From Chlorokybus atmophyticus (lineage: Eukaryota > Plantae > Mesostigma and Chlorokybus algae), in contig RHPI01001946.1 in the NCBI GenBank assembly GCA_009103225.1, forward strand, positions 62,001-126,000: 64,000 bases of DNA, in the 5' to 3' direction. A model generated the notes under the pieces. It had not been told where the DNA came from. It worked only from the letters and a program-made list of their open reading frames with translations, and made no database searches. Position 1 is the first letter of the stretch. Each line of letters starts with the position of its first letter. The position numbers and the translations under genes were made by a program. Shown piece by piece: positions 12,760 to 23,799 of this stretch.

Positions 12760-15700
12760 TTGGTAGCAGACTTGATAAAGATCACTTGCAACGGTGAAGC
12801 TCCTGTATCTTTGCGTGAGAGTTGCATGATTGATGATACTGGTGCAAACCATAACTTTGTTGAACATGCTTGGGTGAAACGTAATAACATTCCTTTCACA
12901 CCAGTCACGTCATATGTACGTGCTGCTGGTTCCACTCTCTATGCAATGGGAGAGGTAAAAGGGCGTTTTGTTATTAATGGCCATAAAACCCGACCAGCCT
13001 TCATTGTGGTGGATATTAGAATCCCCGGGGTGGATGTTGTTTTAGGGGAGCAATGGCACACTGAAGCAGGTTTACAATTAGACTCTCGAGCCAATACATG
13101 CACCCTTCGTAAAGGGAAACGTAGGATGACTTTAACAGCATCTGTACTCGCATGTATACCTCTCGATAATGTTCCGCTCCTCTCTGCTATGCAATTGAAA
13201 CGTTGCATGCGTAAACATGAGGAAGTATACTTTCTGCACTTACAACAGGTGGAAATACCTGCTGAACAGGCTATCAGTGACCCTGTGGTGCAGTCACTTA
13301 CAGAACAATACGCAGATGTATTTCAGGATGAACTCCCAGAGTTGCCTCCCGATCGAAACATACATCATACCATTCCGTTAGAGGAGGGGGCAAAGCCACC
13401 TTGGCGGCCTATATACAGGCTAAGTCCCTTAGAACACGCGGAGATGGAAAAACAGCTTAAAGAGTTATTGGACAAAGGTTTAATAACAAAGAGCATATCT
13501 CCTTTTGGTGCACCAATTTTGTTTGTGCCCAAAAAGAATGGCAAGCCACGCATGTGTATTGATTACCGTGCGTTGAACAAGGTAATTGTTAAAAACAGAT
13601 ACCTTTCGCCTCGGATTGATGATTTGTTTGATAAGCTGTCAGGTGCAACAGTGTTCAGCACGCTGGATTTGACCAGTGGTTATCATCAAATCAGAATCCA
13701 CCCGTCGGATATACAAAAAACTGCATTTCGCACCCCACTAGGACACTTTGAGTATAAAGTGTTACCATTTGGGTTAACAAATGCACCGGCTACATTTCAG
13801 ACAGCAATGAATGCGGTATTTGCTGATGAATTGTACAAGTTTGTACTGGTATATTTAGACGACATTATTGTGTTTAGCAAAACCCGGGAGGACCACCACA
13901 GGCATGTGGAATTGGTTCTAGCTAAGTTACGCGAACACAAATTCTATGCCAACCTGTCCAAATGCAACTTTGCAAAGGATGAACTACCCTTTTTAGGGCA
14001 TGTGATTGGCAAAGAAGGATTGAAACCAGATCCTCAAAAGGTGTGTGCGGTAAAGGATTGGCCACCACCCAAGGATGTACATCAGTTACGTGCTTTCTTG
14101 GGGCTAGCCAATTATTTCCGCAAGTTCATGCGAGCATATTCTGGCATGGCAAATCCTTCAACATCTTTACTAAGAAAAGATGTTAAATTTGTGTGGACGG
14201 AGGCACACGCGGTTGCTTTTACACGCATTAAAGATGCATTAACGCAAGCCCCTGTGTTAGCCTTCCCCGACCCCACCAAGCCTTTTGTGGTGATCAGTGA
14301 TGCTTCCACCATTGGGTGTGGGGCAGTCCTTCTACAGGATGACAGACCATGTGCATATGAAAGCAGAAAGTTCATTCCTGCTGAACGTAATTACACAACC
14401 ACTGAGCAGGAATTGCTCGGGGTGGTGCACGCGCTGCGCACATGGCGTTGCTACTTGGAAGGGGTGGAGTTTTCAGTAATTACTGATCACAACCCGCTCA
14501 CATTCTTTCATACGCAACAAAATCTGTCGAGGCGGCAAGCTAGGTGGAATGAATTCATTTCTCGTTTCACTTTCACTTGGCAATACCGTCCGGGTCGCAC
14601 CAATGTGGCGGATCCAGTAAGTCGCAGCCCTGCTCTTTTGGCGCTTACGCGCTCTCGAAGTACGCGTAATGTACAACAGCCTGAAGATCCTTTCTTAAAG
14701 GAAGTGTCCGCAGGTTATAACTCAGATGATTGGTTTAGCAGTCAAACCAACTTGCAACAGCTTACTGCTGTTAGCAATTTGTAGTATAAAGGGGAGCAGT
14801 TGGCAATTCCCAACTCGGGCGACTTGCGTAAGCAATGCTTACATTCAGTGAATGACCCGCCGTATGCTGGGCATTTGGGGAAACACAAAACACTCAAATC
14901 TGCGCAACAGTTATGCTGGTGGCCGTTAATGTCAGCTGACGTGGATCAATATGTTCGCACATGTGACGTGTGTCAACGTAATAAGCCACTACGACAAAAA
15001 CAAGCGGGATTGCTTAAACCATTGGCAATTCCAGAACAAAAGTGGGATAGTGTCAGTATGGATTGGATTACTGACCTACCTGAAACAGCAGCTAAATACA
15101 CTGCTATTGTGGTTTTTGTCGACCGTTTAACTAAAATGGTGCATTTTGCCCCGTGTTGCACAACTGTAAGTGCACGGGACTTGGCACACTTATTTGTGTC
15201 CACGGTCTTTCGCGTTCACGGGGTACCGCGTGAACTTGTCACATATCGTGATCCTTGGTTTGTCTCCAAGTTTTGGCGAGAAGTCTGTGAATTGTTGGGG
15301 GTAAAACAAAGCATGTCGACTGCTTTCCACCCGCAAACGGACGGTCAAACTGAGCGAGCAAATCAAATACTGGAAGAAATGCTTCGCCACTATGTGGCTC
15401 CTAATCATGCTGATTGGGACAGGTACTTGCCAATGGCAGAGTTCGCTGTGAACAACGCGTGGCAGGAAAGTGTAAAGGAAACCCCATTTNTTTTCTTGAA
15501 TTATGGGATTCGCCCGAACACACCAGCGTCATTGCGTGTACCTCGCAATGCCCTGATTGTACCAGCGGCAAAGGAATTTGCCACTAATATGCAAGAAAAT
15601 ATGGCTCGAGCCAAGCTGTGTCTGTCAGAAGCACAGGACAGGCAAAAAGCTTATGCTGATACACATCGAAAAATGGCCACTTTCGATGTCGGCGATAAAG

Positions 15701-16110
15701 TTTTGCTTAACGCAAAGAACATAACCATCAAAGGTACGGGTGCTCGCAAGTTGCTGCCCCGATGGTTAGGTCCTTTCTCTATCACTGATAGAGTTGGTAC
15801 GCACGCTTATCGACTGCAATTGCCCCCAAGCGTGCGTATACACAACGTGTTCCATGTGAACTTGTTGAAACCTTACCGCTCAGACGGTAGAACACAGCCT
15901 CCACCACCGCCAGTTGAGGTGGACAGCGAGCTCGAATACGAGGTGGAAGCTATATTGAACCATAAGCTAAATAGTCGAGGACGCGCAACTCGCTATTTGG
16001 TGAAATGGAAAGGGTATGGCCCGGAACATAACAGTTGGGAGCCCGACAGGCATCTTACGCACTGCCGCGAGTTGCTTCGAGCTTATTGGGATTCATGTCC
16101 TGTCCCATAA
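12760..16110 (+). pseudogene. pol: Retrotransposon pol (protease, RT, RNase H, integrase, chromodomain) with a nonsense codon
   Basis: DTGA protease motif, YLDDII RT motif, RNase H DAS...YESRK...TDH, integrase H-H-C-C zinc motif and SMDWIT, chromodomain YEVEAIL...YLVKWKGY...SWEP. In-frame TAG at 14782-14784 (expected Trp). The second catalytic Asp of integrase reads Tyr (VTYRDP, 15244). Confidence 0.95.
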
Positions 16111-17915
16111 ACTGTGGGCTTGGTTTTATGACAGACTGGCAGTGCAGTTTCATTACCACCCTGTCATTTCCTGCTATCTCACTGGTTACAATTACTCGAA
16201 ATCAAGCCTGATCAACTTGAGTTCAACGAGGACGTTGAAAACCTAAGTGGGGGGGAATGTAACGGGAGCAATAATAATAGGGGTATTATTGCTACCTGAA
16301 TAACACATTTTGTATGAATAAGTATTTAAATATGCTTATTTATACCTCTTTTCTACGGTTCCTCGCTTATTAAAGGCTATGATGCTTTATCATAGCTTAA
16401 ATAAGTCCCAATGGGTGTAGAACCGCTTATTCAAGCCTATTTAGTGTCACATTTGATATAATGTGATCACTATCTCGTTAGGTACCTTACGATAGGTATC
16501 TTTGGATAGGTACCTTATCGATAGGTACCTTATCTGAGCTGTGATTGGCTCACGCTAGATTTCTTAACTACCCTATCTGTAGGGTCGATGTGTAGTTGTG
16601 AGTTAATTATCGCGAGGTATATAGTTAATATACTCTTGATATAAAAGGTCACATCAATCTGATGTGGGGACTTGGAGTTTTTTGCTCAGTGGCGGCCACG
16701 CCGTTGAAAGGCTTGTCATAGGCGGTGTGGGTGTTGGGGTAGAGGATTGAAGGGGCATCACCGGCGACGGTGGTGCTGTTACACGAGTAGTCTACTGAGT
16801 TTGTCCAGCATTGCCACTATTAAGTAGTGAACTTTTGTTACTATTACATTGCTGATGACTGACTGTTTGTGGGTGTACACACACAAGCAGTGAATAGTAC
16901 TGCATGCCCATTTAGTCATAGTGTAATAGTGCAGCTGCTGGTGTTTAGTACTGCTGCTGCGGTCTTGTTGCTTGCAACCACTAGTAGTTACAGGTCGACT
17001 ACCACGCTCAGCCAGCGGCTAGTTACACGGTTGTACTATCTCATGATCGCACATTCAGTCAGTAGTACATAATTGCATGGCATGAGACTACAAGTCATAA
17101 GCTACATACATGCCACATGCAATGCTGCAGCTATAAGTAACTCAGTCACGTGCATGTGTTGTGCTTGTTGGACATCATTCTGAACTTTCCCACATTTTCG
17201 TTTTCACCGTTTCCACGTTTTGATTACTTTCATGTTGCTTTCGCGCGCTGTTGCTAGCGAGTCGCTACTAGTTGATTACTTCATTTTTTACTTTAGGGTT
17301 TTCCACATATAAAACTAGGTGGTACTAGGTGAGTCTCAGCAATGCATCTGTCAGTGACATCCATCTAAATGTTTTCGATCAGATGAGTGCGCATCCATTT
17401 TCGAGTTTACCACAATATCATTTGCCGCATTCCTACTACGCACAGCCCTCTCGTCCTTTTGCCATCGTTAACCCTCTTCCTTTTACCGCCCTTTCACCTC
17501 TGTGCGTCTTCCTTTTTGCTTTTACAAGACTAACCCTTATACTGGGTTTTGCATGTTGATACATCGCACAACGACTACTGCGCGTCAGGTGCTTTCTCAA
17601 TGCCCTAACTTACAATATCAATATATGTTGAGCACACGGTTTTTTACTAGGGTTGAGAACCCACCATTATGTTGGGTAACTACTTTTGTTGAAAGAACGT
17701 TCTTTGTGAGTTGCATGCAATGTTGACCATCTACATAACCAAATCAGCTCAAATGACATTCTTCAGTTATAGTTATAAGCATGCTCATAATGGGGTAACC
17801 TAACAAACATAGCAGTGTTATAGCTGTTCCGTATCGACGCACACATGTCTTAGTAGCGTTGATATAGCTCCAAGCTTTGTTGGCTCTATATGATCGAGGG
17901 ACGAGCTTTAATAAA

Positions 17916-18480
17916 CACCAACCTGCAGCAAATGCTATCCGCCTCGGACGATCCGAAGCATATACTGCGCATGCATATACATATATGTGTGTGTGTGTGT
18001 GTGTCGCATGTATATTGTGATATGTAAGTATCACACGTATACATCGTATTATATCATTATTCAATGCATAAGTTAATTTCACAAATAGATAAAGATAGTT
18101 TATGTAGTATATGTATACTCCCTTCTTACATACATATATGTGAATGCACTACATATGCATATATGTACACACACATATATGTGTATATAAATATATAATT
18201 TACGTGAATATATAATTTATGTCTGTTAGCTTAACTTGGTCCAATTATGTGTTTTAATGATCACCAACCTATAGCAAATGCTGTCCGCCTCCGACAGTCC
18301 GAAGCATATATTACGCATACAAATACATATATGTGTGTGTCGCGTGTATATGATGTTCGGTTACATGTAAGTATCACACGTATATAACGTATTATGTCAT
18401 AATTCAATGCACAAATCGGTACCATAAATAGATAAAGATAGTTTATGTAGTATAAGTATACTCCCTTGCTATACATGTAT
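17916..18480. repeat. Degenerate tandem duplication (period about 346 bp) in AT/CA-rich sequence
   Basis: CACCAACCT..AGCAAATGCT.TCCGCCTC.GAC..TCCGAAGCATATA at 17916 and 18262. Both units end in AAATAGATAAAGATAGTTTATGTAGTAT..GTATACTCCCTT. Confidence 0.85.
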
Positions 18481-18764
18481 GTTTATGGACTATATATGCA
18501 CATATGTATATACACATATATATACATATGCATATATATACATACATATGTATGTACTAGTATATATGTGTATATTGTTGTGTTCTTTATTTGTTCGTTC
18601 GTGTTAAGCTTGATCATAAATGAGGCTTTTCGGTTCATCTTAACAAAATATTGTTATTTTAATATAAAATCATCGTTATTGTTACAGTAATGGTTATTTG
18701 TTCGTTTAACGAAGCCTAGGTCTAGTTGGTTCTCAACTCCATTTTCAACTCACTCAGGCACTCT

Positions 18765-21700
18765 TGATTACTTTTCATGCTCTCGCGCGCTCACTCAGTC
18801 CGGCAGTCCGCTGACAGCGGAATACGTGATTTATTGCTTCGCAAGCCAGCCATCCTATTGGCTGGCCTGCGTCGCACCAATTGGCTTGTGACAATTTGGG
18901 GGTAGCCCATTGATGCCGCCCCAAACTGTCACATGCGTTAGGCAGATGGGGGTAGACTGTGTAGAGGGATCAATGTGCAGCCATATAACCGCAGCCTATT
19001 CGGGGCGGGCTTGACCTGCACTCGTTGTGAGGTTGCAAACTTGGCATTGCTTCTGGCAAGGTTGCAGCGGCTGATGCAAGGCGGTGGCGGCAGTGGAGGA
19101 CGAGGCGGCGGAAAGGAGGCGTTGTATAGGTTAGGCTGCCTTTGCTTCAAGTAGTCATTGTACTTGCCTGCTAGCCTATATGTACAACAGCGCCAGCAAC
19201 AAGGCATCAATGGTTATATCCGCTTGAGTCTTTATGTGTTAGCTTGAGTGTTGAGCTACGGCCTAATGCATGCTATCTTTGCTGCTTGCTCGACGCTCTG
19301 TGTTTGACTTCGCAGCGCCGGCAGGGCCTACACAAAGCGCCCAATAATTCAAGTAGCCAAGTCACCTGTAAGGTATCATTGGTTAGTCCGTTGTTTCAAG
19401 TTATGCTTGATTGTCCAACACTGTGTGGGAGTGCAATCCGCATGTACATTTGTTATATTTGTTGGCTAAGAACTTGCTACATATGTTCTCCTCTTAGCTC
19501 TCTTCACTCATTTCGCCTTCAAGAGGGGGCCTGCCTTACTTGTGGGCTCAGCGAGAGTCGCAATGTGCAAGACCTCTCGAGACGCTAAGTTACCTACTTA
19601 TCTACTGAGGTTGGCATGCCAACAGTTGGCAACCACTCTAGCATCCAGCTAGCTTTTCAACAGGTATCGGTGGCTAGTGGTTTGAGCCGGGTTGTAACGC
19701 TGCGTTGCGTGCACATGTGCAATGTATCTCTCTCCACACATCTGTATGTGTTTTAGTAGGAAAGTGTGAGCTCAATCTCGGTAATGTCCTGGCAGTTATC
19801 ATTGTCTTTCCTTCAAGCATACATGCTTGCTGCTTACACTATTGCCTCCAGCACCAGCTACCCTTCCTGTACTTGACCTCAAGCAAGGCATGCTGCCTGC
19901 TGGTTGACGGCGCTGTTGCTAGCGCCGTCAACTCCAGTGTTAGCGGCAAGGAGGGTTGTCTTCTTCCTCCTCGCCATCGAGATCTTCGCCTTCCCCGTCT
20001 CGTTCTCTCGAAAAGCCGTTGTTCTTCAGGACTGCGAGCATGCTGGTAAACAACATGCTCATGTTTAAATGCATGTCATCTGCTGGTGCAAAGGCATGTT
20101 GTTGTAGCGGTCCTTACCGCACCCGGTTTGTCTTGCTGCCTTTCTGCAGGTTGTACTTCTTAGGCATAGGTTGTAGGTTTTTGTTAGTTGAAGCATGTCT
20201 CACGCTGCTCCTTCACGCGCGGGTCAAAGCTAGCTACTAGTATTGGCTTTCCGTGGTCTATGTGCCAGTAGTCTCCCTGGTTGTCCCAGGTCATCCCCCT
20301 TCCATACTTGTGGAATGGACCCTCGATCCAAGTTTGGAGGAAGGAGTAGGTGCATCCGAGCAGCTCCACTGTCCTCTCTGCAATGTTGAATGGCAGGGTT
20401 CGCATGGCTTTAAATGCTTGCCATGTGCGCGTACGGCATATGCAGGCAAGGCGATATACTACGTCGTTGCGGTAGCGTTCCTGCTAGGCAGCGTTGACAC
20501 ACGTCTTGCGTATGGTGCGCGAGGTAGATACGAACATCATGATGAAACCCTCTTTCTCTTCACCAAATGTGTTGCATTTGCGCTCAAAACCCTCCTTGTT
20601 GTCTTGTATGATCTTAGCCATCAACCCCCGCCTGCAGGGGTACAATAGTCTGTGGCCACAAAACGTTTTGTGTGTCCCCCACTCGACACGGGCGCCATAC
20701 AAATCAGTAAGTTAACAAGTTAACAAGTTTAAGTTGCTATGCTTGCATGTTTTCTTATGTTCTCATTCATCTTCTTACCCTGATAGGTTGGGACTCCCTT
20801 CGCGACGGTTATGCGCTTTGCTTTGGCCTCTTCACGCGCTTCCTCTCGGCATCGCACACATTGGCCATTAGGAAGGTACATTTCGTTGTAACTGCGCGGG
20901 CATTGCAAAACAATAATTTTTCAGCTGCATAGCAAAATTATTATGTACACAAGTTTGTTAGGTGTGTTAATTAAATCTTTGCATGCTTTCATACACTGTA
21001 TATATAAATCAAGTAAGCAGCTGGCAGCTGCTTACTTGATTAAACAATTGCCCCAAGTGTTGTTACATGCATGGGGAGGTCTGCTTGGTTTCTCTTCTCC
21101 CTTCGTTTGATGTAGTCGATTTGTTCTTCCTTATACACTCCATGCAGGTTGAAGAGCTCAAATAGAGCTCCGTATGCCCCTCTACACACGGCACGTCGGC
21201 TGCAAACAGGTTCACATTTGCTATTGTTGTGCTTTTATGTGTGTGTGTGCAACGCATCTATTGAGGTGGCACGGTTGTACATGCTTATGCAGTGCTGGTG
21301 CTTCTCAGTGCGTGTGACTTAATGTTGCACTTGCTGTTGCTCGTCTGCCCTTAAATATTTTGTTGCATCAGCAAGTGCCAAGTTGGCCATGGTTGCGCGG
21401 TTGGAGCGCACGCATTGTTGCTCGCATTGCAGGCACCTCCTTCGATTCTTCACGTAGCGGAGGGTGCACTCCTCACCATCCACCATGACAATGTGGTCTA
21501 CATTTTTAGGACACGGTATCTCATAGAACTTTCCTCGTGGTGGTGGCTGCACGCAACCCATCTGCATGGCACACGCAAGTAAATATTGCCGCATGCCCAG
21601 CCCAAGTGTTAGTTTACATCATGTGTGTGCATGTGTTGAGTTGTGTGTATAATGGTGCTTATTCTACTTAATGCATTGATGTTGTTATCGACCTCGCATG

Positions 21701-22350
21701 TGTATACACCTGTGCATTGCTAATGATGACACTTACTATTTGTGTACAGTGCTGCCACTGCGCTACCACTGACTGCACTTGTGCACAATCGCTTTTTGTC
21801 TGTGGCTACTTCTGATGGGCAACTAGTACGTGTATGCATGTGCTAGGCATGTCAATGCTTTCTTTACATGCATTAAGCAGTACACAATGTAGGGGCAGGT
21901 GTACCATTAAAAAGTCGGAGTTTGTACTTTTTAAGAATTGTTGTGGCACTCATTTCATGCTCAATAGCCAACTTTCCACAATAATGAACGTGTTGCTAAC
22001 AGTGGATGTAGCTGCTGACAGTAGATGTGCTGCTGCTGCACCGCTACTTGTGTGGTGTGGTGAGTAGCTGTAGCGCTGCCGTCTGATTGTCTATTTGTGT
22101 GCGCAATGCACCTCTAGTGAGACCACCTCCGCCCACAGTAGCGTGTGAGCAGTGCTGTCGCAAAGCTACCCATACCTCTTCGAGCATTTTAAAGCTAGTC
22201 TACTTAAGGACAGTGCTGTTGCTGCGTCATTATCATCTTCGGTCGCCTGCAGGTAGCCACTGCTCCTGCCACTCACTACTTTGTGCAGTGCTGCTGCGCC
22301 TCTTAATGTGTGTGTAGTATTGCTGCTGATGTAGCTTGCTGGTAACCATT
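18765..22350 (-). mobile_element. ZnF-HNH repeat element, copy B (about 3.6 kb, no large insertion); ends approximate
   Basis: Colinear with de-nested copy A across both non-coding flanks and the gene. Confidence 0.6.
19940..21594 (-). pseudogene. Spliced Cys/His-repeat + HNH endonuclease gene, copy B (best preserved)
   Basis: IPCPKNVDH...RYVKNRRRCLQC; VPCVEGHTELYLSSSTCMEC; CPRSYNEMYLPNGQCVRC...GVPTYQG|gtaag; PCRVG(fs)HTKRFVATDYCTPC. Then ERYRNDVVYRLACICRTRTWQAFK...TVELLGCTYSFLQTWIEGPFHKYGRGMTWDNQGDYWHIDHGKPILVASFD...EQRETCFN(fs)NLQPMPKKYNLQKGSK. Confidence 0.85.
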
Positions 22351-22499
22351 TGTGCAATTCGTATCTTCGAGACGTTCAGCTACCCAAGGAATTGTATTGC
22401 TCTCTATATGCAGTTGCAACGTGTTTGTGTTTTCCATAAACTAGTATGTAATGCTATGTGTGTGTAGGGTGATAATCAAGGCACTTGCAGTAATAATAA

Positions 22500-23130
22500 A
22501 AGTTACCAAGTGTGTAGGCTACAATCTCATGCATGCATGTACCACGCAGGTTAAAGATCTCAAATAGAATTCCGTGTGCCCTTCTGAGCACGGCGCTTCC
22601 GTTCAAGGAACCATTGCAACTTGCAGTTGAACTGTGCATACATTAAGAATAGCAGCACTTTTTGCCACACGACTCGTGTGACACGAGTGCACCGAAAGTG
22701 CCGCGTGGCATGCAATGCTGCTATTCCTAACGTATGCACAGTTGCTGTGGATCCTTGCTTGTAGAAGGTTTGTGGAATTTTGCTGGTCGATTTCAAGGGT
22801 TTTACTCTCATCATCTACAACCTCGCTGCACACCATCGATGACATCTTTTGCTCAACCACGGTTTGTCACTCGTTCCATACCCCAGCTCTAACTCCTCCT
22901 TTTGCCTTGCGTGTCGCTTTCGTGTGTTTGTTTTATGTCTTGCATTTATTGCGCGCTCACATATGGTCAGCGTTGCTGTCTTACTAGGGAGTGCACGCGA
23001 TCCTTTAAACAAAGTGAATTCATTGATGCGTCCGCCGCAATTTAATGTCTCGTTACCCAAATATAAGACATGCGCGTTACCAACTGCACCGCAACATTTG
23101 GTAGACAAACGCACCAGTTGTGGTCAAAGC
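22500..23130 (-). pseudogene. Fragment of the ZnF-HNH gene (repeat exons only), inverted relative to copy C
   Basis: APCSEGHTEFYLRSLTCV at about 22545-22600. ATLTICERAINARHKTNTRKRHARQK at about 22900-22980 matches 24190-24270 on the opposite strand. Confidence 0.7.
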
Positions 23131-23799
23131 CATAATAAGCGCTATGTCACGACCTGCTGCGGCAAGACATGCTGCTCATGATCTTGCACACGTGAGCACT
23201 GTCATTTGCCGTGCAGTGTGGCCTAGTTGGCATGGCATTGAGCTCATAATTTAGACGGTCGGGGTTCCAACGCCTACACACCGTGTAATCCTTGTGACAA
23301 CAAGATCTTTCACGATTAAGTTGTTTTTAGCAATCTGCGCCGAGCATGCGCGCTAATGGAACTAGCACAACTTGTATAGTGCTCGCTAAGCGAATTCACA
23401 CAAATCCGGCTTTTCCACATCTCATGCCCACAATGTCAACCTCAGCCATTTTTGAAAAGTATCCATGCAAATTGTGCGACACACCTTACTAAGTATGTAC
23501 AGTATGTATGAATTGAGTATTTGTTTTTGCTTCACAACTCGTCGTTCATTGGCTGGGTTGTGACTCGCAAGCAAGCCAATAAGACGCTTTGGTTCTCTTG
23601 AAAATGTAAAAGAGCCCGTAAGATGAACATGAGATAAACATGACAACCCCAAAAACATTCGCAATGCACATATTGGAAGCAGTGGCATAATAGCACTACA
23701 CATATGTGCATTCAATTGTTAATAATATCTTATACTTGTCAATAGCGGATCTACAGCAATTGCGCAATCGGTGATAGCAGCATTATATGCACACACCAA

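Larger units (their letters stand above)
9793..16783 (+). mobile_element. Ty3/Gypsy chromovirus LTR retrotransposon, full-length but inactivated
   Basis: 526-bp LTRs (TGTAAC...TTACA) at 9793-10318 and 16258-16783. 5-bp TSD CGAGT on both sides. PBS-like TGGTATCCGGGAGC at 10320. PPT AGTGGGGGGGAA before the 3' LTR. Domain order gag-PR-RT-RH-IN-CHD. Confidence 0.97.
3113..17000 (-). mobile_element. ZnF-HNH repeat element, copy A (about 3.7 kb once two nested insertions are removed); ends approximate
   Basis: Colinear similarity to 18765-22350 from the left motif TTGATT..TCGCGCGCT through TCAACAGGTATCGG and the HNH gene to TGCTGCTG..TTGCT..AACCA. Interrupted by the TIR element (3328-6514) and the Gypsy element (9793-16783). 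Confidence 0.6.
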
